64,000 nucleotides of DNA, from assembly GCA_017654855.1 (NCBI GenBank), contig CM030332.1, forward strand, positions 2,356,001 through 2,420,000. Direction: 5' to 3'. Source of the stretch: Podospora anserina (taxonomy: Eukaryota). The notes under the pieces are model-generated. The model saw only the letters and a program-made list of their open reading frames with translations. It was not told where the DNA came from and did no database searches. Both the position numbers and the translations under genes were made by a program. Positions within the stretch are counted from its first letter, which is position 1. Every line of letters starts with the position of its first letter. Positions 37,275-48,900 of the stretch are shown one piece after another.

Positions 37275-38288
37275 CTATTTGTTGTTATCCTCCTTCTTCT
37301 CCGTCACCTTCCCCACAGCAACCATGCCCCTAAACCGATCCATAAACGTCTCTTCGCCCTTCTTCTTCCTCTCCTCCCTCTGTTTCGCCTGCTCCTGCCA
37401 CAGGCCTTGAATACTCGCCGCCATCTCGGCATTAGCCCTATAATCCGCCCTCAACGCCGCCTCCTCGGCCGCCCTATCCTGCTCAGGCAACTTCTCCAAC
37501 TTTTCCTTCCAACTCGCGATCAACTCGGCCGGCGGCGGTGGAATATTCACCTTCCCAGCCGCCTCCCCAGCAGTCTCCTGCTGCCGCTGCCTAACCTTTG
37601 CAGCCTCCTCCAGCACACTCCTAAACTCGGGCGCCTCCCTCCCTTCCTCCTTGGCCCTCTTGATCTCCTCCTCCTGCCTCAACATCTGATGATACAGCTC
37701 ATCGGCCCTCATCTGAATCATCTCATCCTCCTCGGCGCTTCTCCCATAGGTGTTCAGGTACCCCAACGCTTTCAAAAGACGGGATTGGTTGTTGTAGCAG
37801 CGCTCGAATTTCTTGACCTCGTCAGAGCACATTGTCAGCCGGGCTTTGACCCCCCCGGATTTCATGCACGTGGCCCAGGTGAATTGCTCGTCGGCGCAAT
37901 TTTCGAGGGCGGCGCGGCCGATGGCGGCTTTGCGGTCTTTGTACGAGTCGAGGACGTCCATGAGTTTTTCGTGGTCGGTTTTGGTTGCTGCTTCGATGGT
38001 GGATTGGGGGGTGTAGGTTTTCCAAAGGTGGGCGTAGCGGCCGTCGGGGAAGAGGGATTCGGGGGGGACGGTGGATTGGGAGGCGGCGGTTTGGTCGTCT
38101 TGGGATTTTTGGTCGAGCTGGCGGTGTGGTGGGACGGCGGGGGTTGGGGGGGAGGATTCGGAGGAGGGGGTGTATTTGACGGGGGCTTCTTTTTGGAGGA
38201 ATTCGCGGAGTTTGGGATCGAGGTGGGCGAGGGGGTCGGAGGAGGAGTTGTCTGCGCTCCCGCCGAACCAGCCGTTGAACCAGCCCAT
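37275..38288 (-). CDS. Conserved fungal hypothetical protein with a twin CX9C motif
   Basis: Start MGWFNGWFGG (CAAAATG); DPKLREFL, ESLFPDGRYAHLWKTY, C-ADEQFTWAT-C and C-SDEVKKFER-C. Confidence 0.8.
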   Translation of the reverse strand: MGWFNGWFGGSADNSSSDPLAHLDPKLREFLQKEAPVKYTPSSESSPPTPAVPPHRQLDQKSQDDQTAASQSTVPPESLFPDGRYAHLWKTYTPQSTIEAATKTDHEKLMDVLDSYKDRKAAIGRAALENCADEQFTWATCMKSGGVKARLTMCSDEVKKFERCYNNQSRLLKALGYLNTYGRSAEEDEMIQMRADELYHQMLRQEEEIKRAKEEGREAPEFRSVLEEAAKVRQRQQETAGEAAGKVNIPPPPAELIASWKEKLEKLPEQDRAAEEAALRADYRANAEMAASIQGLWQEQAKQREERKKKGEETFMDRFRGMVAVGKVTEKKEDNNK

Positions 38289-39923
38289 TTTGAAGGGTGT
38301 GTGTGGGCGGATTTGGGGGTGGGATTGGGGTTTGCGCAAAGTGGTGATGGTGAGGTGGGTTAATGCGACCTGTGGTGGTGATGGTGGTGAGATAGCTTGG
38401 GGAAGCTTGAATTTAGGCGGGGTAAAGTGGCAGAAAGAGGTGCCCCACATTGATCTTTGCCAAGATCGACGCCGTTGGCAAGGGTGGGTTCACCTTGATC
38501 TTGACCACTTTGAGGCCAACGGTTGGAGGTCCATTGGATTTGTATCTGGAAGCTTCATTGGAGAAGAATCGAGATTTTTGTTTGTTTTTGGTTCAAAGTT
38601 CTTATATACGTCTTGACATAATTCCAGACCTTCTCATTCTCAAAGCGACCTACCTCCTTGAGTATTCATTCCACTTCGTGGAGCTTGTGCAAGGCCCGGA
38701 TCTCCAGACCACGACACGACCATCTGGTCACTGTCGATAGGCCCAATCTGATAGTTTTTGTCAGCCGTGTGTTTACATTTCAGTTCAAGCTGGTTTACTC
38801 CAAGGCCCAATTTTAATTTCCAATTAGGCAGGTTCGTAATCCTCCTTCTTCCAGCTATCTTTTGATTAACAACAACGACCCACCATCTTCTGATCTCAGG
38901 CCAGTTCGTGGCATATTTATCTAGATCACTAGACTGAGAACACAACCTGGCGGAGATCAAGCTTGAGGGCCCTTCGAAGATATCAAATGGTCTAGATTGC
39001 ATGGCAAGCTCCATCAGCAACGTCTCCCCAAGTCGACTTCATCCCCCAGCTCCTGCAGTGAATCATCCCAGAGGCACAAGAGTGGCCAATTGTTTAGAGT
39101 TTTGTTTCGACTTTGAATTCTCCCGGATTCCGCCTCGCTTGCCATTGCGTTAGTACATTGGTCTCAATGACACGCTATTCGCTAACAGCTCCAGTGTGCT
39201 TAGTGGCAGGTGGTTTCATCGCTGCAGGGCTCTGTGTCAGAGACGCAGCTTGGACCCCTTTTCACATCTCCGTGTTTCCCCCCACGAGCCGCAACCCCAA
39301 GACGGAACCACACCGGATGAATCCAGATGTGCACCACCTCTTGACGCACACTGCAATTGCCTTGGCTGAGGCGGTTGCATTGGCATCAAGATGCACGGCC
39401 CGACTGTGTCGTTTGTGCCAATCACATCTCCAATTGACTGGAAGCTCTCTCGAAGCAACCCTGCCATGTCGCCTCATCAGGAGACTGTTCCCTTCCCAGC
39501 GGGTCCCCCTGCCTCGAAATGGCACCCTCCTCGAGCCTCTCCACACTGCCGGCGAGGGTGGGAGAGGGGCGGGAGCATGGATGACGTTGAATGGTCTATG
39601 GTCAGACTCCTGATGTCGCAAATCCCCATGAGAATAGAACCGTGTGCCGCCATATATCCCTCCTCTATACCCGGCTTCCCTCGTCTATCTCCTCTTTCCT
39701 TCCTCTTCTGCACTCCAAGTTTTGGTCTGTCTGATGGTATCATAGGGCGATTCTCGTTTCCCTCTCTCTCTCTTCACCTTCCCTTCGTGACTGCAGGTCA
39801 GCTTAATTGTTTAGTTTCTTCTACCTTCATTTTTATACACGGCTGAGCCGTGCAAGTCTTTCTTTACCTACCTTTCGACCCTATCGATTCGATTTTTGAG
39901 TTTCGAGTTTAAAGACAACAACC

Positions 39924-41470
39924 ATGTATTTCTCAACCAGAACTCTCGTCACCATCCTCCTGGCCGCTGTGGCCCGCGATGTTGCTGCTCAGGCAGCCGT
40001 TCAGACCCCAGACGCACCGGCGCCCAGCGCCATCCCTCCAGAGGTACTTGCCAGTCAGGCAGCAAGTGCCAGTGCTGCTGCTTCGGCGGCGGCGGCGGCG
40101 AACGAGGCGGCAGCAGCAGGAGGATTGAGGCCACTACCGGGGCTACAGGGCGGTGAGGCAGAGGCGCCAGCAGAACTTAGACCTTTGCCCAATCTTGCTG
40201 GAGATGCCGCCGTTGTGACTCCTCCGCCCGTGGCGGTAACAGCTCCCGAAGCTGCGGAACCAGTAGCAACAGTGGCACCGACGTTGCCAGCAGAAGAACC
40301 GGCTGTTGAGGTCCCTCCTGCACTAATCCCACCTCCTGGCCTCGACGCGGAGGCTCCGGCCCCTGAGCTCGTGGTCCCTCCAGGTCTTGCTACACCGGTA
40401 AGTATCTTGATGAATATCTTACAGAAACAGTCACTAATTCGATATATCAGGTTGTGGAAACCCCTGTTGTCGAAAGTCCCGCTCCCGAAGCTGCGGCTCC
40501 AGCCCCTGAAGAGCCCCCTGCCGTCATCGGGTCCTTCACCCCTATCGTGGCCGAGCCCACAGCCGAGGAGACTCCCGCTCTGGCTGAACCGACCGAGGCC
40601 GCTGTTGTCCCCCCAGTCGTAGAAGAACCTGCCGCTGCGCCCGTCATCGGCTCCTTCACTCGTATCGTCGCTGAACCGACGGTCGAAGCCCCGGTCGAAA
40701 CCCCGGTCGAAACCCCGGTCGAAGTCCCGGCCGAAACCCCCGCTGCTGAACCTGTCGCTTCCGAAGCCACTGGGCCCGCCGGTGTAGTCGAAACCCCCGC
40801 CCCGGTCCCAATCGGTTCATTCTCTCAAGTCATTGTTGGCACTGCCCCTACTTTGGCCGTCCCTCAACCCGTTCCCACCGGCGCTGGCGGCTTCGTTTTC
40901 CTCAACAGCACAACTGCTGGTGCCGGAGTTGCCCAGCCCACGGGTGGTCTTCTGCCTCTTCCTGGAGTTGCTGCTCCTTCTGGCGGTCTCCTCCCTATTC
41001 CCGGAGTCGCCCAGCCTTCTGGTGTCGCCGCCCCATCTGGTGGTTTGGTAACCCCTCCTGGTCTTGGTGGTGCTGGTGGCGAGACTGGATCTGGCTCTAA
41101 TGGTGGATCTGGATCTGGAAGTGATGGTAGCGGCAGCGGCCTCGTCAACCCAGATGGAAGCACCGGAACTGAGACTCTGGAGACGGATCCTAACGTCACT
41201 GCTGGCCCTGGATCTGGCGGTACTGGGGCAAATGAGGTTTTGACCACTCTTACTACCACCAACGCTGAGGGCGTACCTACCACTTTGGTGACTGCTGTGG
41301 CTCAAACCACAGGGCCAAACGGTGCTCAGGTTACTGGAACTGGCAACCTCGCCAACAACGGATCTACTCCCGCCCTGACGGCTGGTGGAGCCCGCTTGGG
41401 CGAGGGCATCAACATGAAGATGTCAGTTTTGGGAGGTGCTGTCGGTATGCTGGTTGTCCTGATGCTTTAA
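39924..41470 (+). CDS. Ala/Pro/Glu/Gly-rich GPI-anchored cell-wall protein; exons 39924-40397, 40451-41470
   Basis: Signal peptide, low-complexity repeats (PVIGSF, ETPV, GGLLP), C-terminal TAGGAR..hydrophobic GPI signal; GTAAGT..CTAAT..CAG intron. Confidence 0.85.
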
Positions 41471-44158
41471 GGGGTAACTTGAAAATAGTGGGAAAGTTCC
41501 ACAGAGGAGAAGGTGGTGGTGTTTTCATTGGTAATAGAGGGGGGTGCTGTGGTTACACAAAGCAATCTTTACGATGTTGTTCTATTTACTTTAGGGGATG
41601 AATGCTTGAAAAGCGCGAATCAGATTGGGGTTTTACTTTTTACTTTTTACATCACCTTTTTGTATATATACGATTATGATACCTTTTACAGCAACCACAT
41701 CGACGTACGACAGAGTAGATAAAAAAAAAAATTGAGACGAAAATGACACTAGGCTTGGAACGAGGCCACCTGAAAGAATCTGGGGAAGGCACGAGAAAGG
41801 TGTGGGTTGATCTTGCATGGATGACCCCATCGGCTGAACTACCGGCCGTAGGTTCCGAAACGTGGGTGGTTTCCTCTGAAGTTCTGCCATGTGGTGGTGG
41901 AAAAGCCGCGCCTCGGTTGAGAGATAGCTACTCCAGATATCAATTAAGAGCTTCCAGCTTCCGTCTCCCTTGGCTTATCACTCCTTGTACATGTCTATCA
42001 TCCGGTCTTGTAGTTCGTTGAGTACATGACCGCGAGGGAAATTCACTTGTGTGAGGTTCCTTACTGATAGGAATGACAAAAAAGTCGTCCGAGCAGAGAG
42101 AGCTCTCCTTTCAGTAGCACCCCTTACAGAATAATATGTTCTTGCTAATCCCATTCATCGCCATCCTGCGCAATTGACTGTAGTGGGTGTGATCACTCTC
42201 TTTATGTGAACCCCTGAGTAGTACTACTAACTCATTACACTCACTTACCTTGCTGTGCAGTATAAGAAATCTTTGTGGTAACTTCAACAGCACCTATTGG
42301 GAAATAATTCCTCCTTGCTAATCTTGTGTATCACGATCATGGTGGAATTACCACGCTGACAGTGATCATGATCTCTCTGACGACCCCCAAGTAGCACCAA
42401 CCCCGTTACACTCACCTGCCTTGCTACAAAATATCAATGGACTAGTATCTCCAACATGATCGTGAATGGCGTTTCACGCCTCTTCAAGCCAAACTCGCAT
42501 CCATATTCACTGCATACAGTTCCAAAAGTGGGACCATGTCCCCTCTGCACGGCACCTTCTTTTCTTTCGTCTTTCAACTTACACCCACTCTTCATATCAC
42601 CTTGCTCCTTCCACTCTTATCCAGAGTACCTATCTATACCGCCCCCAAAAAATCATCATCGTCTCCTTCCGTCCCCTGCATCCCTAACTCACACCACTCA
42701 ACCCACCTCCTCAATTTATTCTATTACCCTTATTTTCATATCATTGCTCTTTTCTTCCTACCATTTCTCTTATCCTCAAATCATTACTCTTATTCCTTTA
42801 TCTCCAAACAACCTCACCACTCGGTATCTTCCAGAATGATAACATTTTATCAAGCCACCAACCTCACCTATCCAGCACCATCTTTCAACTTCTTTCACCC
42901 ATCCGGGACATCCGCCATACAATCGTGGATCCCCACAAACAACCACTCTCCCCACCCCCTCACCTTGCACCATTACCATCATGTCCCCTTTCCACCCTCC
43001 TCACCAGTGATGATTCCGGCTGAAAGAAGTGCCTTTGTTATCTCTCAAACAACCGCCAAATCCACCTCCCTCCATCCCTTAACCAACCCTACACCTCGCT
43101 AACCCCAACCCCCTGGCCAGCTCCTTCCCGTCGTCTTACATCCGACCACCCATCCCCGCAAGCACACCCCCGTGCTCCTTCCTCCCTTTTATCCCCCCTG
43201 TAGCAACAACTTTCTGCGTCCGTAGTACCTGTGCACCTTCCCTATCTCCCTGACCCCTGTTATACAATCCCCCTTTCCTATCGTCCCTTGTCTTGTTCAC
43301 GCTGCCCTGGCATTGTGTGCGCCCCACTTTTACCCCTGAATTTTGCACAAAGAGACAGGAGGGAGCAAAGAACACAGGCAGCAATCATAATTCACTTGAC
43401 CCTGCAGAAAAAAAAACACAGAGATAGCATAATCAAAATATCGAGAGATGAAAAGTGGGAATTTTATCGCTCCCAAACCGTCTCGTCTCTGCATAAATAG
43501 GTTTACGCCGACATGTTCGTTGCCAAGTCGTCGAGTGTTTGATTTTCACACCAATACCAACTTTACCAAATTCAAACATACTTCGCCGAAACCCCCACCA
43601 AGACAGCTTCTTTTTTTTTTTTTTTTTAAATAAAACGAGTATATTAGGGCTTGTATAAAGGCTATACTATCTGTTATCATCCATCCCTCCAAGACCTCTC
43701 TGATCTAACGCAAGCTTATTGTTGCTAAATTGTAAGAAGACGAAAAAAAAAAAAAGAAGAAAGCTCCCGAAAGCTAATAACCCGAATACCTAGGTTGGAA
43801 GATAAACTTTTCCCCAAGTAAAAGCCATCGTGTTCATGTATTTTCCCTCCTAACCGCCTTCCAACCATGCAAATATCAGTGATTCAGTCGAGGATGCTAG
43901 GAATCAAACGAGATCAAACGCCTTTGTTCGTGTGGGCGGTTCCCACGCCCTCCGCGTCGATGTGACAGCTGACGTGCCAGAAAGCGAGCACTCGCTTTTC
44001 TCCCTCGAAAAAGACTCCGCGCGCGCGATCATCTGGAAGAGGAAGAGGTCAGCTCCTTGAGCTCAGAGCCGCCGGCTGAGCAAATCTTGGTAATGTACAG
44101 AAGGAAGGTGTTGGCCCCGAACCCAAGTGTTGAGGGCCAACGTTGCCCTTCCTCAACC

Positions 44159-45972
44159 TCAGAGATCGAAGTCCTGGCCGACGCTGTCGTGCTGGTCAGC
44201 CGAGTACTGGCCCTGGTTGTACGAGCCGTAGCCCAGATTGCCCAAGTTCTGGGTCATGTTGACCGCCTGGAAGCCGGGCTGGGGCTTGATGTCGGCGGTG
44301 GTGTAGCCCGTGTAGCCCGCGCTGTAGTAGATCGGGCGAGGCTGGGCGCACAACGGGTTGCCCGTGTAGGTGCCGGCATTCGACAACCCGTGCGGATGAT
44401 AGAACGGGGCGGCAGGAATGGATGGCTGGCTGGTGAACGCAGAGGCACCAGCATCCCGAGTGGGAAAGTGGAAGGGCGAATGGGTCCTGACCGCTTCCGA
44501 GGGATGGTTCGTGCTCATGGAGCGCAACGCGTTGCTCCGGCGGCTGTCATACCTGGCAACATGTTAGCGGCCATCGAAGTATTCACTTGAGAATGTCGCT
44601 TCTTTTACTCACCCATAGTCTTCCATCGGGCTGTGGTGGCGGGTCGTCACCAACGGGCCGTTGGTCATCTGCCAACCGCCGCCCATCCAAGAGTGCTGAG
44701 AGGCCGGCTTGGGGCCATCACTGAACACATCGTACGTCTCCGCCGGGAGATGGGTGTGGGTGGCTGGTCCGACATCGTCATCGATCTCACCATCAGCATC
44801 CTCATCCACTTCATCAAGTCGCTCTGTCTTGTGATAATCATTGGGGTCCGCAGTCATCTTTCTGGTCAGGCGGGCCGAAGAACGGCGCGCTTGTCTCGAA
44901 GTGGCAGTAGTGAGCGTACGACGAGCCCGCTTCTTCTTGCTAGGCTCCGCCTCATCCTGGGGGTCGTATTAGTATTGATCTTTGGCCTAAAATGGGATGG
45001 AATGACAACCGCCAACATACCTGACTGCCATCAATGGAAGGGCTGTCATATACATCTCGCTCGCGCAAACGCTTGAGACCCTCCTCGGTCAGCTCGTAGA
45101 CTGTCTCCACGGATGTGATATCTCTCGACGTTTGCTGCATCTTCACCAAAACAGATGCGTCTTTGCGCTGGTTCCGCTTCTTCTTCTGCGGAGTCGTGGC
45201 AGAATCAAAGAGCCCCATTCCCTCATACACAATACCCTTGAGCTTAGTGGCATTGTCGCCCTCATTGGTGTCTTCGGGCATTTCGGTGCTCTCGGACAGG
45301 AGTTCAGATGTCGTCCCACTCACAGCAGTTGACTCAGATGGGAAGCGGCGTCTTCTCAAAATCATGCTGTGCTGCTGCTGAGGGGTGCTGGGAAGCGTGG
45401 CGCTGTCTCGAGAACGACGAGTGGTAGGGGTCTGGAAGCCGGAATTGTCGAAGTACCCCTGACGTGTTGAAGAAGAGGACCAACCGTATATAGCTTGGGC
45501 GTGAAGAATCTCATCAGGCTCGATCTTGATACTATCCATCATCAGAGCAGTGTCATCATCATGAGGGCGGTCTCGAGGCTGCAAGTTGGCCGGGTTGCAT
45601 GATCAGTGTGTGTTCATTGTCTGAATGTCACCTCGGAGGTGGAAGCTAGTAACTAACCCCAGAGGCGGAAGCAAAGTTCCGGGCTCTCTTCTTGCCAGTA
45701 GTCTTCTTCTCTTTACTAGCCAAGCGCTCGGCCAGGAGATCATTGATGCCATAGCGAGCCTCCCAGTCGAGGTAGGCGGCAGTATCGGCCTTGGACTCGG
45801 GGTCAGGTCGCAAGCCAACTTTGAATTTCTGGGACAAGTGGCTCTTGGAAGCGATGTGCGTCAAGAGGTGCGAGAGGTCCGAAAAGGTGGGCTTCTTGGG
45901 GCAGATCAAGCACTGCAGCGGGATGACATTGGCGGCGGGGCCAGGCATTTCCATTGGAGCAATTGCGGCCAT
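44159..45972 (-). CDS. Conserved ascomycete hypothetical protein with an N-terminal C2H2-like Zn finger; exons 45972-45658, 45578-45021, 44956-44613, 44552-44159
   Basis: PLQCLICPKKPTFSDLSHLLTHIASKSH; KLKGIVYEGMGLFDSAT..KKKRNQRKD block; three canonical introns give one continuous frame. Confidence 0.8.
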
Positions 45973-47169
45973 ATTTTCTGGGAGGAAGTGAAAGTCAGCA
46001 GTTGAGAACTCGGATTGCAAGTACGAGATGCATTGTGTAAGCCCCAAGCGGGTGGTAACTCACATAATACACACACAGTGAGATCAGGGGTTGGTGGTTG
46101 GCTGACTGCAAGATCAACCCAGGTAAATCAGGGGGCAGTAAATACAGGTGGGCAGGGCAACCAGACGGAGACGGGAAGTAGATGGAGGTTGAAGGGGACT
46201 TCTTCGACCACACAAGGCAGGTGAGATCGAAGAATGCGTGATGTAGATATCGTCCTTCGGTGCCTCCTGCGAGAGTGTCTGATGGTCCTTGACTTCCAAG
46301 GTGGCGAGGACTGACCACCAGGGTCGTCTGTAGGAGGAGAAGCTGGTGACACAACTCAGGAATTCTTGATAAACTGTATTTCCAGCAAAGCAAAATGCCC
46401 TCGAGGCACCGCCAACCCGGGCTGCGGAGAGGCACCGGTCGGTAGGGAAGATAGTGGAGAAAAGGGGAAGATGAACTGGACTAACCGTTGAGGAAGGCAC
46501 AGGTGGGACGCCGAGATGCGACGGAAGACGGAACGAGGTGAGGCTGTCGATGTGTGGACGAAAAAAGGAAGGAGAGGAAGTGGGAAAGAAGAGAGGGCAG
46601 GCGACGAGGTAAGCGACCCCCGCAGGCAGTGAGGCAGTGGTGCGAAAAGTCGAAAGAGTGGGAGGACTGGGAAGGTGGGGGGCAGATTTTTCAAAAGATT
46701 TTAAAGAAGGAAGGAGCGGGACACTTGACGCAACCAACTTTGCAGTGAAGGAAGGTGCAATAAGAAGAGAGGAAAGAGAGGGTGAAGAGGGAAGGAACAG
46801 ACCCCAAGAATGGTCAAGGCTCAAGATGGCGATAGCCCAAGAATGGTGACTATACATGAACTTAACATCATCTTGTGAACGTATAAAGGGTCTTCTCAGA
46901 GATGTTCTGAATTACTGAGACGTTCACAAGCAAGCCTACAAGAGGCCGCATCGAAGCGCTCCGTGGAAGCGCGTGGTGGCGCGAAATAAAGTACTGGGCG
47001 TGTGTGTTAGCGAATATGTGATTGCGAGCTGGGATGAACACTTGTGTTAGAATACATACGTCTTGAGGGTGTGGCTTCATCACGTATTGATGAAGCAAAG
47101 ACTTTTGTAGCTGGCTCGGACGAAACAAAGTGGAAGAGGAGAAGATGTGAGAGAGGTCCCAGATAAATA

Positions 47170-48900
47170 CTCAGACACTGGGCATCTCGACGACATTGTG
47201 CAAATCACCTGAATAGTGTCTATCATAAATGGGACCATTCTTGAAGCGGGATCATCCTGACTATAAGGGCCTGATAATGAAGCTATATTCTTCCGTTGTG
47301 ATACCGGGCCTTTCCGCCCATATCTAGGTATCGTGATGCCGCCGGCTCCATCGGAGCTTTTTAAGATGGGGTGGAATAAAATAAACCAAACATCTTGCTC
47401 CTGTTAAGACGCCCGCCGTCGCGACGGCACTGTGAAAATCATCTGAATGATTTCTTAAGCGGAGCCCATCATATCATGAGGGCCTCATGATGAAGCTATC
47501 TTCTTCCATTGAGACACCGGGCTATTCCGCCCATGTCTATTATGCTGCCACCTGCTCTGGTGGAGCTTCTTACGACGGGATAAGACGGGGTGAACCAAAT
47601 ATCTTGCTCCCGTTAAACACTCGGTATGTCGACGATATTGTGTAAATCACCTGAATGGGTTCTTAAGCGGGGCCTATCCTGAACATGAAGGCCTGATGAT
47701 AAAGCTGTTTTTTTTCCATTGAGCCACCAGGTTATTCCGACCATATCTATTATAATGTCGCCTGCTCCGTCGAGCTTTCCAGTATGTGATAAGGGGGAAA
47801 GAAGCAGATATCTTGTTCCTGTGAGACGCCGGGCATTCCGGCCTACTCCGTTGGAGCCTTTTAGCATGGGATCAAATGGGACAAAGTAGATAGATATCTT
47901 GCTTCTGCTGAGATACCTGACTGTTCCGGCCATATCCGTGATGCTGTTGCCTGCTCCATGAGATCATTTATTAAGCAGATATCTTGCTCCGTAAAGTTAC
48001 CGGGCCATTCCGGTCATGTCCGTGATGATATTGCCTACTGTCAAAGCCTTTCAAGATGGGACAGGATGCAGTGAAGAAGCTATCTTACTCCGTCAAGTAG
48101 GCCGGAGTCTGAGACGTTAATATCGTCGGAGCTTTCTAACCTGGGACAAGATGGGATAAAGCAGCTATTGTGCTTCGTTGAGAGGATGGGTTCTTCCGGC
48201 GATATCTATGACGATATGACCGGTATTGTTAGAGCTTTCTGGTATAGGATAGAGTAGAGTATTTACTATCGTGCTTTGTTGGAGGGACGGGCGTGTCTGG
48301 CTATATACATGATGATATGGCCTGCTCTGTTGACCATCTTAAGCTGGGACGATGAAAGATATTGAACTTGTTAAGAATGAAGACCTTTTTGTTCATATCT
48401 ATGGTGAAGTGGCCTGCTTTCACAAGTCTTTGAGCATATATTATGAAGCTATCTCATTACTTTAAGCAACAGGCCCTTCCGCCCACGTCCATGAGAATAT
48501 GACCTGCCTCTTTAAAATCACTAGGCAGTTAGGATATGACAATGAAGCTAGGTAGGTAGTGTTTTTCCGTTCAGGAGAAAGTCCTTTTCCGTCATTTTTA
48601 AGATAATGCGGCCTTCCTTAGAGGAGCCGATCAAAGTAGGTATGATATCCATGGAGGAAAAAAGATGTTCCATCTATGTCCATGATATCAATGCCTTCTT
48701 TGGCGGGGTATGTAGAGATAACGTGATGAAGTTGTTATGATCCATTAAATACAGAGGAGAATTCGCGGCTTGACAGGCTGTTCTTCTATGTTTAAGTAGA
48801 TATAGTAATGTGTCTGCCTTCGATGACCAGGTATGTGGAGATGTCAGTAGAGAACATCCAGACAGCTTTCCACCCGGATCCATAATGATGTGAACTGCCT
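47170..48900. repeat. Degenerate tandem repeat array, ~100-bp monomers; the first three units are ~210-bp dimers
   Basis: Recurring GAAGCTAT..CTTCCRTTG..CCGGGC..TTCCG.CCATRTCY..GATG..GCCTGCTC..GAGCTT at about 47279, 47493, 47701, 47890, 47973, 48076, 48160, 48266, 48445, 48545. Confidence 0.8.

Noticed and set aside
42456-43400. ORFs in a C/T-rich stretch
   Set aside because: Low-complexity composition, no protein-like signal
47170-48900. CRISPR-like or ankyrin-repeat reading of the ~100-bp array
   Set aside because: Eukaryotic context, whole units are homologous (no unique spacers), and no frame examined gives ankyrin/TPR/WD motifs
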